Shown in pieces: positions 35,137-43,600 of a DNA stretch of 64,000 bases (its first letter is position 1; every line of letters begins with the position of its first letter). The stretch is from an uncultured Bacteroidales bacterium. Its GTDB lineage: Bacteria > Bacteroidota > Bacteroidia > Bacteroidales > UBA1402. Below the pieces are notes generated by a model. It saw nothing but the letters and a program-made list of their open reading frames with translations. It was not told the origin of the DNA and made no database searches. The stretch covers positions 13,904 through 77,903 of the forward strand of contig CAYYJF010000002.1 in the NCBI GenBank assembly GCA_964472175.1, in the 5' to 3' direction. Both the position numbers and the translations under genes were made by a program.

Positions 35137-37176
35137 ATGAGCAGCATTCAAAAAGGATTGATTTGTATTTTGTTGGTTTTATCTCTGACCAACCCTGTGT
35201 CAGCGCAAAGATTCGGGAAACTGGATAACTTGTATGAATACCTGTTAAAAGGTCAATTCGAAAAATTCGATAAGTCACGAATAGGGGTCAAACCCAAAGA
35301 CATCGAGCCTTTTAGCAAAGAGTATGCGTATGTTGATGAACTCAGACAATTGTTGTATACTGCGGATTCAAAAAATTATGAATCCTATTTTCAGTCTTTT
35401 ACAGACATCATGAAAACGCCTGTTAAAACCAACATGGATTTACTTACAATGAGCCTGAAAGTTAATGTCGATACACTGAAAAATATGGGCGAACGGACTG
35501 TTTTTAATAAACTAAAAAACGCCACCACCACAGTTGTTGATGGAAAATTCGTGTTAAAAACAATCCAATCCACCAAGTATCCGGCAACACAACAGTATAT
35601 TCAATCCATTACGGACATGGTTTTTAATGCCCAATATGCCGATTTGTTGGGCAATTCATCACTGGATAACTTTAGGGCATTCATTACAGACTGGCCAAAA
35701 TCAGCTGTTATTTCTACCGTGAAGAAAAACTATGACGACTCCTTGTTTGTGATTTCAAATAGGACACAAAATCACGATTTGTATTTGTTGGACACCATTT
35801 TACCAAATGAAACAAAATTGCATTTGATTCCTGATGATTGGTCCATTTTAGGCGATAAATACATTGGAAAAGAGGATCTCAAAATGGCGGTAAAGATGTA
35901 CCAGAAGGCCATTCAATTGGGGAGCAAAGAAGGACTGTTAAAATTGACAATTTTGAAATATGAAGGAAAGGTACCTTCAGAGGAAGACGAACTGATTATT
36001 TTTAAAAAATTGGCTGAAGCAGGAGACAAACGTGCGGAAGCCTATGTTCAAAAAATTGAACAAAGAAGCATCCGTTTGGCTGTTCCTGGAACATTGATTC
36101 AATCCCTGAACATAAAAGATCAAAAAAGGGTGTGTTCCATTACGTTGCAAGGTCCTGTCAATCAGATGGATCTGGCTTTGTTGAAAGAAATGTCTACCAA
36201 ATATCAACTTTCTGACCTGAATTTAGCGCAATGCGAATTGGCTAAAATCCCTGATGAAGCTTTCAAAGGAAGTACAAAGCTGGCAAGTTTATTGCTGCCC
36301 AATCAATTGGTTTATATTGGAAGTGAGTCTTTTGCTGATTGTTCATCCCTCAAGGCGCTGGTTTTGCCCGATTCTTTGACACAATTGATGGCAAACGCGT
36401 TCGATCGATGTGTTGCCATGAAATCCATAAAAATCCCCGCGAGTTTAACAAGTGGTCTGGGCATTGTGCCGTTTTGTACAGGTTGCGTCAGTTTGACGGA
36501 ATATCTGATAGATGAACGAAATCCGGTTTTTAGTTCGGTGGATGGTGTCATTTTTGACAAATTCAAAGCTACATTGATCCGTTATCCAAGTGGAAAAAAT
36601 GCATCATCTTATGTGGTTCCTTCCACCGTATCTGAAATTGCAACAGGCGCTTTTGAATCCAGTGTCAAATTGACTTCCGTGCAGTTGCCGGATACTTTGA
36701 AGCGCATTAAGTATGCCGCATTTAAGAAATGCACGGCTTTATCAACCATCACGATTCCGACTCTGGTCAATGAAATCGGTGCTTCAGTGTTTGAACAATG
36801 TGAAAATTTGAGTGCAGTTCAATTGCCCATGTTTTTATCTGAACTCAACCAAAATACTTTTAAAAACTGTATGACACTGTCTTCTGTGATGTTGCCAGAA
36901 TCCATCAAAGAAATTCGTTCCGAATGTTTTTCCGGCTGTGAAAATTTATTGACCATTTCTTTGAATAACAACATCAAAGGGCTTGGAGAGCATTGTTTCA
37001 AAAATTGTAAAAAGCTCAAGGAAGTCAAACTAAGTATTCAAAATCCGTTGAATGTTTCATCCATTTTTGATGGCGTGGATAAAACCAATTGTACCTTGTT
37101 CGTTCCGCTTGGAAGCAAGGTGTATTATCAACAATTTCCAATTTGGAAAGACTTTCAAAATATAATCGAGTATTGA
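35137..37176 (+). CDS. Secreted leucine-rich-repeat protein (BspA-type LRR_5) with a Sel1/TPR-like central segment
   Basis: 679 aa. Signal peptide MSSIQKGLICILLVLSLTNPVSAQ, a Sel1-like segment (AVKMYQKAIQLGSKEGLLKL...LAEAGDKRAEAYV), and a C-terminal half built of ~23-25-aa units (LP.s...Ig..aF..C..L). Confidence 0.75.
   Translation: MSSIQKGLICILLVLSLTNPVSAQRFGKLDNLYEYLLKGQFEKFDKSRIGVKPKDIEPFSKEYAYVDELRQLLYTADSKNYESYFQSFTDIMKTPVKTNMDLLTMSLKVNVDTLKNMGERTVFNKLKNATTTVVDGKFVLKTIQSTKYPATQQYIQSITDMVFNAQYADLLGNSSLDNFRAFITDWPKSAVISTVKKNYDDSLFVISNRTQNHDLYLLDTILPNETKLHLIPDDWSILGDKYIGKEDLKMAVKMYQKAIQLGSKEGLLKLTILKYEGKVPSEEDELIIFKKLAEAGDKRAEAYVQKIEQRSIRLAVPGTLIQSLNIKDQKRVCSITLQGPVNQMDLALLKEMSTKYQLSDLNLAQCELAKIPDEAFKGSTKLASLLLPNQLVYIGSESFADCSSLKALVLPDSLTQLMANAFDRCVAMKSIKIPASLTSGLGIVPFCTGCVSLTEYLIDERNPVFSSVDGVIFDKFKATLIRYPSGKNASSYVVPSTVSEIATGAFESSVKLTSVQLPDTLKRIKYAAFKKCTALSTITIPTLVNEIGASVFEQCENLSAVQLPMFLSELNQNTFKNCMTLSSVMLPESIKEIRSECFSGCENLLTISLNNNIKGLGEHCFKNCKKLKEVKLSIQNPLNVSSIFDGVDKTNCTLFVPLGSKVYYQQFPIWKDFQNIIEY
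36208..37050 (+). repeat. Array of about 10 BspA-type leucine-rich repeats (coding)
   Basis: Periodic units such as LLLPNQLVYIGSESFADCSSLKAL / VLPDSLTQLMANAFDRCVAMKSI / QLPDTLKRIKYAAFKKCTALSTI / MLPESIKEIRSECFSGCENLLTI. The boundaries are approximate. Confidence 0.5.
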
Positions 37177-37179
37177 TGT

Positions 37180-37641
37180 ATGAGTGAAGATATTCAGCAA
37201 GGAAGCAAAAAAGACTATTGTCTTCCAATGCATACCGTAGAGCACATTTTAAACCAAACCATGGTGCGAAAGTATGCATGTAGTCGATCTGTCAATGCGC
37301 ACATAGAAAAGAAAAAGTCGAAATGTGACTACCTGCTCCAGCGTGCACCCACTTCGGAAGAAATCGTTGAAATCGAGGATCAGGTCAATCGAATCATTGA
37401 TTCGGATTTGAAAGTTTCTGTTCGTTATGTGCCCATTGAAGAAGCCGGGAATGTGGCAGATTTGAGCCGATTGCCTGAAGATCAAAAATGCGAAAACGTA
37501 CGTTTGGTTTTCATTGGAGACTATGATGTTTGCGCGTGCATTGGTCCGCATGTAGAATCGACCAAAGAAATCGGTCGATTTAAAATCCTGAACCATGAAT
37601 TTGAAAATGGCAGGTGGCGGATGCGTTTTAAGCTTGTTTGA
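37180..37641 (+). CDS. Free-standing AlaX-S-like aminoacyl-tRNA editing domain (tRNA_SAD)
   Basis: 153 aa. HTVEH (HxxxH) at residues 18-22 and CIGPH (CxxxH) near residue 130, with the spacing seen in AlaRS/ThrRS second additional domains. The ATG is 3 nt after the LRR gene stop. Confidence 0.65.
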   Translation: MSEDIQQGSKKDYCLPMHTVEHILNQTMVRKYACSRSVNAHIEKKKSKCDYLLQRAPTSEEIVEIEDQVNRIIDSDLKVSVRYVPIEEAGNVADLSRLPEDQKCENVRLVFIGDYDVCACIGPHVESTKEIGRFKILNHEFENGRWRMRFKLV

Positions 37642-37645
37642 AGGA

Positions 37646-38911
37646 TTAAAATGCGCATTTTATTTCTTTGAAACCTACCAATTGGTCTGCGTACGCTCCA
37701 AATTTTCTATGATAGACCAAAATCTGATAAACATTTTCTGTTTGCCAGAATGAACCTTCTGCTTGTTCGGAGAGATCCTGCAGGCCATCATTGCTTTCAA
37801 CAGAATAGCGGTAATTGTAGGAGCCTTGTTTCAGAAGCAATGTTTTTCTGAATTGTTTGGAATCGGTGTCAAAAAGCATTTCACAATCTTCTTTTTTCAT
37901 GCCTGCTGTCAAATTGCCCCGAATAAACATGCGACTATTTCGAAGTGAAGGATCGGGTTTGAAACTGAAATTTACCCAAAAATAATCGGCACAGGTGTTC
38001 ACATCGTTCAGGCAATCGACCGTTCGAATCAGATAATTCCCATTTTGGTCTTGGTCGTATTGATAATTGAGATTTCTTTGATTGTCAAGTTGAATGTCTG
38101 AATATACCGCATTGTTTTCAATCCGTGTTTTGGTGATATTCAATCCGGAAAATCTCGAACTGGTGGTTTCAAATCGCCTGTATTCATTTCCTCCATGAAA
38201 TACCAACGCTTTTACATGCTCAAAATCATAAGAAAAACCATCGTTGCTACTCGGTTTGACGGCATTGACTTCACCGTCTAATCCAAAATTCTTCAACACC
38301 TTAACCTTGAGTTCTTTTTCTGGCATCACCATCGAAAATCCTTGTGGTTTTATACGAAATTGCAGCTGTTGGAATTTGTTTTTATACCCAAGATCGGTGT
38401 CGGCCGTAATGTTGGCTTCAATCGATGCCTTAGGCTCGATAATCATAAAACAGGCTGTGAGATAAGTATTTTCAGGATGGTCTTTGTCATAAACCACCAG
38501 CGCATAATTGCCGGATAATTTCAATTGAATGTTTTCGTTTGGCAAGCGCAACCGATAATGGATATATTGCACAAAGGTGGATTCTGAATACAGTCCATCC
38601 GGAAAATCATTTTCCCTCATGCCGTTCATAAACTCAGATTCAAACAGCTCTGATTTGGTCCAATCTGCATTGCAGTGAATGATTTTATATCCCAAACGAA
38701 GTGACTGATGCGACAAGACATCAAATGAAATGTCAATGCTGCCGCTTTTCAGATCAATGAGCGGAAAATTCAATGGTTGTGAAGTCGGGTGAACAAGTAA
38801 GGTTTTAAACTTTGAGTCAAAAACTTGATTGCGATAAGTCAAGCTTCCGTGGATTGATAAAACAAAACAAACGAATGTCAAAATGATCGCGAATTTTCTG
38901 AAATGTGTCAT
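37646..38911 (-). CDS. DUF5103 / type IX secretion system plug-family protein
   Basis: 421 aa with a signal peptide. FKTLLVHPTSQPLNFPLIDLKSGSIDISFDVL...YKIIHCNADWTKSELFESEFMNGM...LSGNYALVVY matches my recollection of the DUF5103 (T9SS plug) signature. No HMM was run. Confidence 0.6.
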   Translation of the reverse strand: MTHFRKFAIILTFVCFVLSIHGSLTYRNQVFDSKFKTLLVHPTSQPLNFPLIDLKSGSIDISFDVLSHQSLRLGYKIIHCNADWTKSELFESEFMNGMRENDFPDGLYSESTFVQYIHYRLRLPNENIQLKLSGNYALVVYDKDHPENTYLTACFMIIEPKASIEANITADTDLGYKNKFQQLQFRIKPQGFSMVMPEKELKVKVLKNFGLDGEVNAVKPSSNDGFSYDFEHVKALVFHGGNEYRRFETTSSRFSGLNITKTRIENNAVYSDIQLDNQRNLNYQYDQDQNGNYLIRTVDCLNDVNTCADYFWVNFSFKPDPSLRNSRMFIRGNLTAGMKKEDCEMLFDTDSKQFRKTLLLKQGSYNYRYSVESNDGLQDLSEQAEGSFWQTENVYQILVYHRKFGAYADQLVGFKEIKCAF

Positions 38912-39000
38912 ACTTATGAATACGGAAGAAGTCTTTTAAGGATTTCTGCAATAATACACATAATTATCTTAATTTGATTCTTTTAGTTCGCAGCTTTTTA

Positions 39001-39008
39001 TATTTTTG
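39001..39008 (+). promoter_or_regulatory. Candidate -7 promoter box for the nqr operon
   Basis: TATTTTTG, 23 nt upstream of the ATG at 39031. Confidence 0.45.
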
Positions 39009-39030
39009 TAGCTCAATCAAAAAACCTTTT

Positions 39031-40401
39031 ATGAAATCGGTAATTGCCTTAAAAAAAGGGTTGGACATACATTTGGCAGGAAAAGCACCATTGGAAATTC
39101 AGGCAATTGGTCTTGTTGATGTTATATCCATTGCACCTGATGACTACATCGGATTGACACCCAGGGTTTTGGTTAAGGTTGGAGAAGAAGTAAAATCCGG
39201 ATCTCCAATTTTTTCGGATAAAAACCACCCGGAAATTGTTGTCGTTTCTCCTGTTAGTGGAACAATAGAATCGATTGTAAGAGGGGAGAAGCGTCGGTTA
39301 ATCCGAGTTTTAATAAAACCTGACAACAAGCAAACCTCAGTTTCTTTCAGTTCTGAGCCTCAATTGGATTTGACCCGGGAAGAACTCCTGAACCGCATCT
39401 TGTCGAGTGGTGTTTTTACCTACTTTAGACAACGTCCCTACGATGTAATTCCGAACCCTCAGAACACGCCCCGGGATATTTTTATTTCCACTTTTGATTC
39501 TGCCCCTTTGGCTGCCGATCCATCTTTTTTGATCCAAAATCAGAAGGAAGATTTTCAGGCAGGATTGGAAGTTTTGTCCAGGTTAACCGATGGAAAGGTG
39601 TATTTGTCGATCTCTGAAAATGATCATTCAAAGTTGTTTTCTGAAGTGAAGCATGTTGAAAAGGTCTGTTTCAAAGGACCACACCCTGTTGGAAACGTTG
39701 GGGTACAGATGAACCACATCAAGCCCATTAACAAAGGAGAAACGGTCTGGACGATGAAGGCTGCTCATGTTCCTTTATTGGGACAATTGTTTCGCTCGGG
39801 AAAAGTTGATTTTTCAAGTTTGATTGCTGTTTGCGGTCCTGGAATTCGCCGCCCCGGTTATATGAAGGTGCTTCCAGGAAGTTCAATACAATCCATTCTC
39901 AATGGATTGGTATATAAGGAAATGCATGCACGTTTCATTGATGGAAATCCCCTGACTGGGAAAGAAGTAGAATCGAATGGATTCATTGGGTATTTTGAAA
40001 CTTCAGTCACGGTGTTGAAAGAAGGAGATGATATCCATGAATTTTTTGGTTGGATCATGCCCAGAATGGATAAGTTCAGCATGAGTAGAACCTATCTGTC
40101 GGCTATTATTGGAAAATTATTTCCATCCATCCGTTACGAACCCGATACCCGATTGCTTGGAGGACGTCGAGCCTTGATCGTTTCAGGAGAGTATGATCAG
40201 GTATTCCCAATGGATATTTTGCCTGAACAATTGATTCGGGCCTGTATCACGAAGAATATCGAAAAACAAGAGCAACTGGGTATTTATGAAGTTGCTCCTG
40301 AAGATTTTGCCTTGTGTGAATACGTTTGTACTTCAAAATTGGAATTGCAAAAAATCGTTCGACTAGCGTTGGATGAATTGCGATTGGAAAATGCCGATTA
40401 A
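39031..40401 (+). CDS. nqrA: Na+-translocating NADH:quinone oxidoreductase subunit A
   Basis: 456 aa from MKSVIALKKGLDIHLAGKA. Typical NqrA N-terminus, and first gene of nqrABCDEF. Confidence 0.92.
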   Translation: MKSVIALKKGLDIHLAGKAPLEIQAIGLVDVISIAPDDYIGLTPRVLVKVGEEVKSGSPIFSDKNHPEIVVVSPVSGTIESIVRGEKRRLIRVLIKPDNKQTSVSFSSEPQLDLTREELLNRILSSGVFTYFRQRPYDVIPNPQNTPRDIFISTFDSAPLAADPSFLIQNQKEDFQAGLEVLSRLTDGKVYLSISENDHSKLFSEVKHVEKVCFKGPHPVGNVGVQMNHIKPINKGETVWTMKAAHVPLLGQLFRSGKVDFSSLIAVCGPGIRRPGYMKVLPGSSIQSILNGLVYKEMHARFIDGNPLTGKEVESNGFIGYFETSVTVLKEGDDIHEFFGWIMPRMDKFSMSRTYLSAIIGKLFPSIRYEPDTRLLGGRRALIVSGEYDQVFPMDILPEQLIRACITKNIEKQEQLGIYEVAPEDFALCEYVCTSKLELQKIVRLALDELRLENAD

Positions 40402-40430
40402 ACTATGTATAACCAATTACTTATAAAGCA

Positions 40431-41639
40431 TTGAAAGCACTTAGAGCATTATTGGATAAATTAAAACCAACATTTTCGGAAGGTGGAAAATTAAGTGCTT
40501 TTCACTCCGTATTTGATGGTTTTGAAACGTTTTTGTTTGTCCCTTCAAAAACGTCTAAGTCTGGTGTACACATACACGACAGCATTGACTCAAAACGGTT
40601 GATGTCATTTGTTATCATTGCATTGCTCCCCGCATTGCTTTTTGGAATGTATAATGTTGGATATCAGCATTTTCTTGCAATTGGAAAAATTGGCGATGTC
40701 TCATTCTGGGAGCTATTTGGATGGGGTGCTGTTGCTGTGTTGCCCTACATCGTTGTTTCCTATGGTACTGGTTTGGGAATTGAATTTATTGCAGCTCAAA
40801 TCAAAAAAGAAGAAATTCAGGAAGGATTTTTGGTGAGTGGCATGCTCATTCCGATGATTGTTGCCATTGACACCCCATTATGGATGGTCGCTGTTGCTAC
40901 TGCTTTTGCTGTTGTTTTTGCCAAAGAAGTTTTTGGAGGTACCGGATACAATTTGTTCAATGTTGCATTAATCACCAGGGCCTTTTTGTTTTTTGCTTAT
41001 CCGGGAGATATTTCAGGTGATCAGGTATGGGTCAATATCAAAGATTCCTTTGGTTTTGGTTCACCCATGCAAACACTGGATGCCTTCTCGGGTGCAACTC
41101 CTCTAGGACAGGCCGCTGTCAATACGGGCATTTTGGAATTCAAAGATATTCTGGGTGGTCCGTTAACCACCTGGGATATGTTTATTGGTTTAAAACCAGG
41201 CTCAATTGGTGAAACATCAACACTTGCCATTTTGATAGGTGCAGCCATCTTGATTTTTACACGTGTAGCAAGTTGGAAAATCATCACAGGCGTTTTTGCC
41301 GGTGGAGCAGCAACCATTGCCCTATTTAACCTGTTTGCGGTCAATGTCTATATGGAAGTTCCTGTCATTCAACAACTTTGTTTGGGTGGTTTTGCCTTTG
41401 GCGCAGTCTTTATGGCTACAGATCCGGTGACGGCTTCCAGAACGGAAACAGGCAAATGGATTTATGGTATTTTGGTCGGTGTCTTGGCCATGATTATCAG
41501 GGTCTTAAATCCGGCTTACCCAGAGGGCATGATGCTGGCAATTTTATTGATGAATATTTTTGCCAAGCTCATTGATTATGTCGTTGTTCAAAGAAATGTG
41601 TCCAATCGGATGAAACGTATGAATTCCAAATCAAAATAA
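40431..41639 (+). CDS. nqrB: Na+-NQR subunit B
   Basis: 402 aa with a TTG start. The N-terminus MKALRALLDKLKPTFSEGGKLSAF..VHIHDSIDSKRLM aligns residue-for-residue with the Vibrio NqrB N-terminus as I recall it. FMN-attachment region FSGATPLG. Confidence 0.92.
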   Translation: MKALRALLDKLKPTFSEGGKLSAFHSVFDGFETFLFVPSKTSKSGVHIHDSIDSKRLMSFVIIALLPALLFGMYNVGYQHFLAIGKIGDVSFWELFGWGAVAVLPYIVVSYGTGLGIEFIAAQIKKEEIQEGFLVSGMLIPMIVAIDTPLWMVAVATAFAVVFAKEVFGGTGYNLFNVALITRAFLFFAYPGDISGDQVWVNIKDSFGFGSPMQTLDAFSGATPLGQAAVNTGILEFKDILGGPLTTWDMFIGLKPGSIGETSTLAILIGAAILIFTRVASWKIITGVFAGGAATIALFNLFAVNVYMEVPVIQQLCLGGFAFGAVFMATDPVTASRTETGKWIYGILVGVLAMIIRVLNPAYPEGMMLAILLMNIFAKLIDYVVVQRNVSNRMKRMNSKSK

Positions 41640-41644
41640 TCCAT

Positions 41645-42349
41645 ATGAATACCAACAGCAATAATTACACTTTTATTTATGCTTCGGTCATGGTTGTTTT
41701 GGTTGCAGCAGCTTTGGCCTTCACAAACGGACTGCTGAAAGACAAACAGGCGAAGAATGTTGAAGTTGACAAAATGCAACAGATACTGCGTGCGTTGAAG
41801 ATGGAGACTGCATATGATCTTACAGCCAAGCTGTATCAGGAAACCGTTCAATCTACTTACTTAATCAACTCAAAGGGCGAGAAAATTGATTCCAATGCCG
41901 TCAATGCTTTTAATACGGATATTTCAAAGGAAGTTGTAAAGCCTGTGAATAGTCGGAATTTACCTATTTATGAAGCCGTGGTTAAGGGTGAAAAGAAATA
42001 TGTTATTCCGGTTTATGGAGCAGGGTTGTGGGGTCCTATCTGGGGTTACGTTGCCTTAAACTCCGATAGAAATACCATTTTCGCGGCATCTTTTTCTCAT
42101 CAGGGTGAAACGCCGGGATTGGGTGCGGAAATTTCCACGAAACCTTTTCAACATCAATTTGAAGGCAAGAAGTTGTTCAATCAGTCCGGTTTTGTATCCG
42201 TTGCTGTTGTTAAGTCTGGAAAAATAGTAGAAAATATGGATCAGGTAGATGGCATTTCCGGTGGAACCATTACCAGTCAGGGTGTTCACAATATGCTTTT
42301 CAATAGTTTGAGTGCGTATGAAACCTTCTTAAAAGCTGCATCATTATGA
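41645..42349 (+). CDS. nqrC: Na+-NQR subunit C
   Basis: 234 aa. N-terminal TM helix and the FMN-binding motif DGISGGTITS. Confidence 0.9.
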   Translation: MNTNSNNYTFIYASVMVVLVAAALAFTNGLLKDKQAKNVEVDKMQQILRALKMETAYDLTAKLYQETVQSTYLINSKGEKIDSNAVNAFNTDISKEVVKPVNSRNLPIYEAVVKGEKKYVIPVYGAGLWGPIWGYVALNSDRNTIFAASFSHQGETPGLGAEISTKPFQHQFEGKKLFNQSGFVSVAVVKSGKIVENMDQVDGISGGTITSQGVHNMLFNSLSAYETFLKAASL

Positions 42350-42963
42350 AACCATTCAAAGAACTTTTTATAAATCCCATCAATAAAAGCAATCCCGTAT
42401 TGGTCTTGGTGTTGGGTATTTGTTCCTCATTGGCGGTAACAGCTCAAATCAAACCGGCTTTGGTTATGGGTATTTCCGTGACAGTGGTGCTTGCGTTTTC
42501 CAATGTCATCATTTCCATCATGCGCAATGGCATTCCAAATAGAATTCGAATCATTGTGCAGTTGGTTGTTATAGCGGTTTTGGTTATTATCGTTGAGCAA
42601 ATATTAAAAGCTTACGCATACGAAATGTGGAAGCAATTGTCTGTTTTTATCGGCCTAATCATAACGAATTGCATCCTGATGGGTCGTTTGGAAGCTTTTG
42701 CTCTCGGAAATAAGCCATTCGATTCATTTATTGACGGTTTGGGTAACGGTTTGGGTTATGCTTTGATCTTGCTGATCATTTCCATTATCAGGGAATTATT
42801 TGGTTCAGGTTCCTTGTTTGGATTTCAGGTTATTCCAAATGCGTTTTATGAATCAGGATATTCCAACAATGGGCTGATGATTTTGCCTCCGATGGCCCTG
42901 ATTGTTGTTGCTTGCATTATTTGGATCCATCGAAGTATGAACAAAGAATTACAGGAAAAATAA
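42346..42963 (+). CDS. nqrD: Na+-NQR subunit D
   Basis: 205 aa polytopic membrane protein of the Rnf/Nqr D/E family. ATGA overlap with nqrC. Confidence 0.9.
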   Translation: MKPFKELFINPINKSNPVLVLVLGICSSLAVTAQIKPALVMGISVTVVLAFSNVIISIMRNGIPNRIRIIVQLVVIAVLVIIVEQILKAYAYEMWKQLSVFIGLIITNCILMGRLEAFALGNKPFDSFIDGLGNGLGYALILLIISIIRELFGSGSLFGFQVIPNAFYESGYSNNGLMILPPMALIVVACIIWIHRSMNKELQEK

Positions 42964-42969
42964 AGTTGT

Positions 42970-43587
42970 ATGGAAAACCTCATTGATATTTTTGTAAAGG
43001 CTGTATTCATAGACAATTTTGTTTTTGCCTATTTTTTAGGAATGTGCTCGTATTTGGCTGTATCAAAAACAGTCAAAACATCAAACGGGCTTGGAATAGC
43101 CGTTTCCTTTGTTTTGGTTGCAACCGTTCCGATTTGTTACTTATTGGACACGTATATATTGAAGGCGGGTGCCATGGCCTGGATAGATCCATCATTGGCT
43201 TCAATCGATTTAAGCTTCCTGAGTTTCATTCTTTTTATCGCCATCATTGCTTCCATTGTTCAAATTGTGGAAATGGTTGTTGAAAAATTCACACCGGCTT
43301 TGTATAGTCAGTTGGGCATCTTTTTGCCATTGATTGCCGTCAACTGTGCCATTTTAGGTGCAGCACTTTTCATGCAGCAGAAAAACTTTGATTCCTTTTC
43401 AGAAGCCACGGTGTATAGTTTGGGCTCAGGAATTGGATGGTGGTTGGCCATTGTGGGGATGGCTGCATTACGTGAACATTTAGAGTATTCCAATGTTCCC
43501 AAGCCATTGAAAGGTTTGGGTATCACCTTTATCATTGCTGGTTTGATGGGCATCGCATTTATGGGATTCATGGGTATAAAATTATAG
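42970..43587 (+). CDS. nqrE: Na+-NQR subunit E
   Basis: 205 aa polytopic membrane protein. FLPLIAVNCAILG is typical of NqrE/RnfA. Confidence 0.9.
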   Translation: MENLIDIFVKAVFIDNFVFAYFLGMCSYLAVSKTVKTSNGLGIAVSFVLVATVPICYLLDTYILKAGAMAWIDPSLASIDLSFLSFILFIAIIASIVQIVEMVVEKFTPALYSQLGIFLPLIAVNCAILGAALFMQQKNFDSFSEATVYSLGSGIGWWLAIVGMAALREHLEYSNVPKPLKGLGITFIIAGLMGIAFMGFMGIKL

Positions 43588-43600
43588 TGGAAAGTAAGAT

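Noticed and set aside
40405-40434. Nine-codon mini-ORF (ATG TAT AAC CAA TTA CTT ATA AAG CAT TGA) between nqrA and nqrB, whose stop overlaps the nqrB TTG start. Considered as a possible coupling or leader peptide.
   Set aside because: It is too short, and in AT-rich intergenic DNA such a mini-ORF is expected by chance. I cannot assess its conservation, so I only note it in case ribosome profiling shows occupancy.
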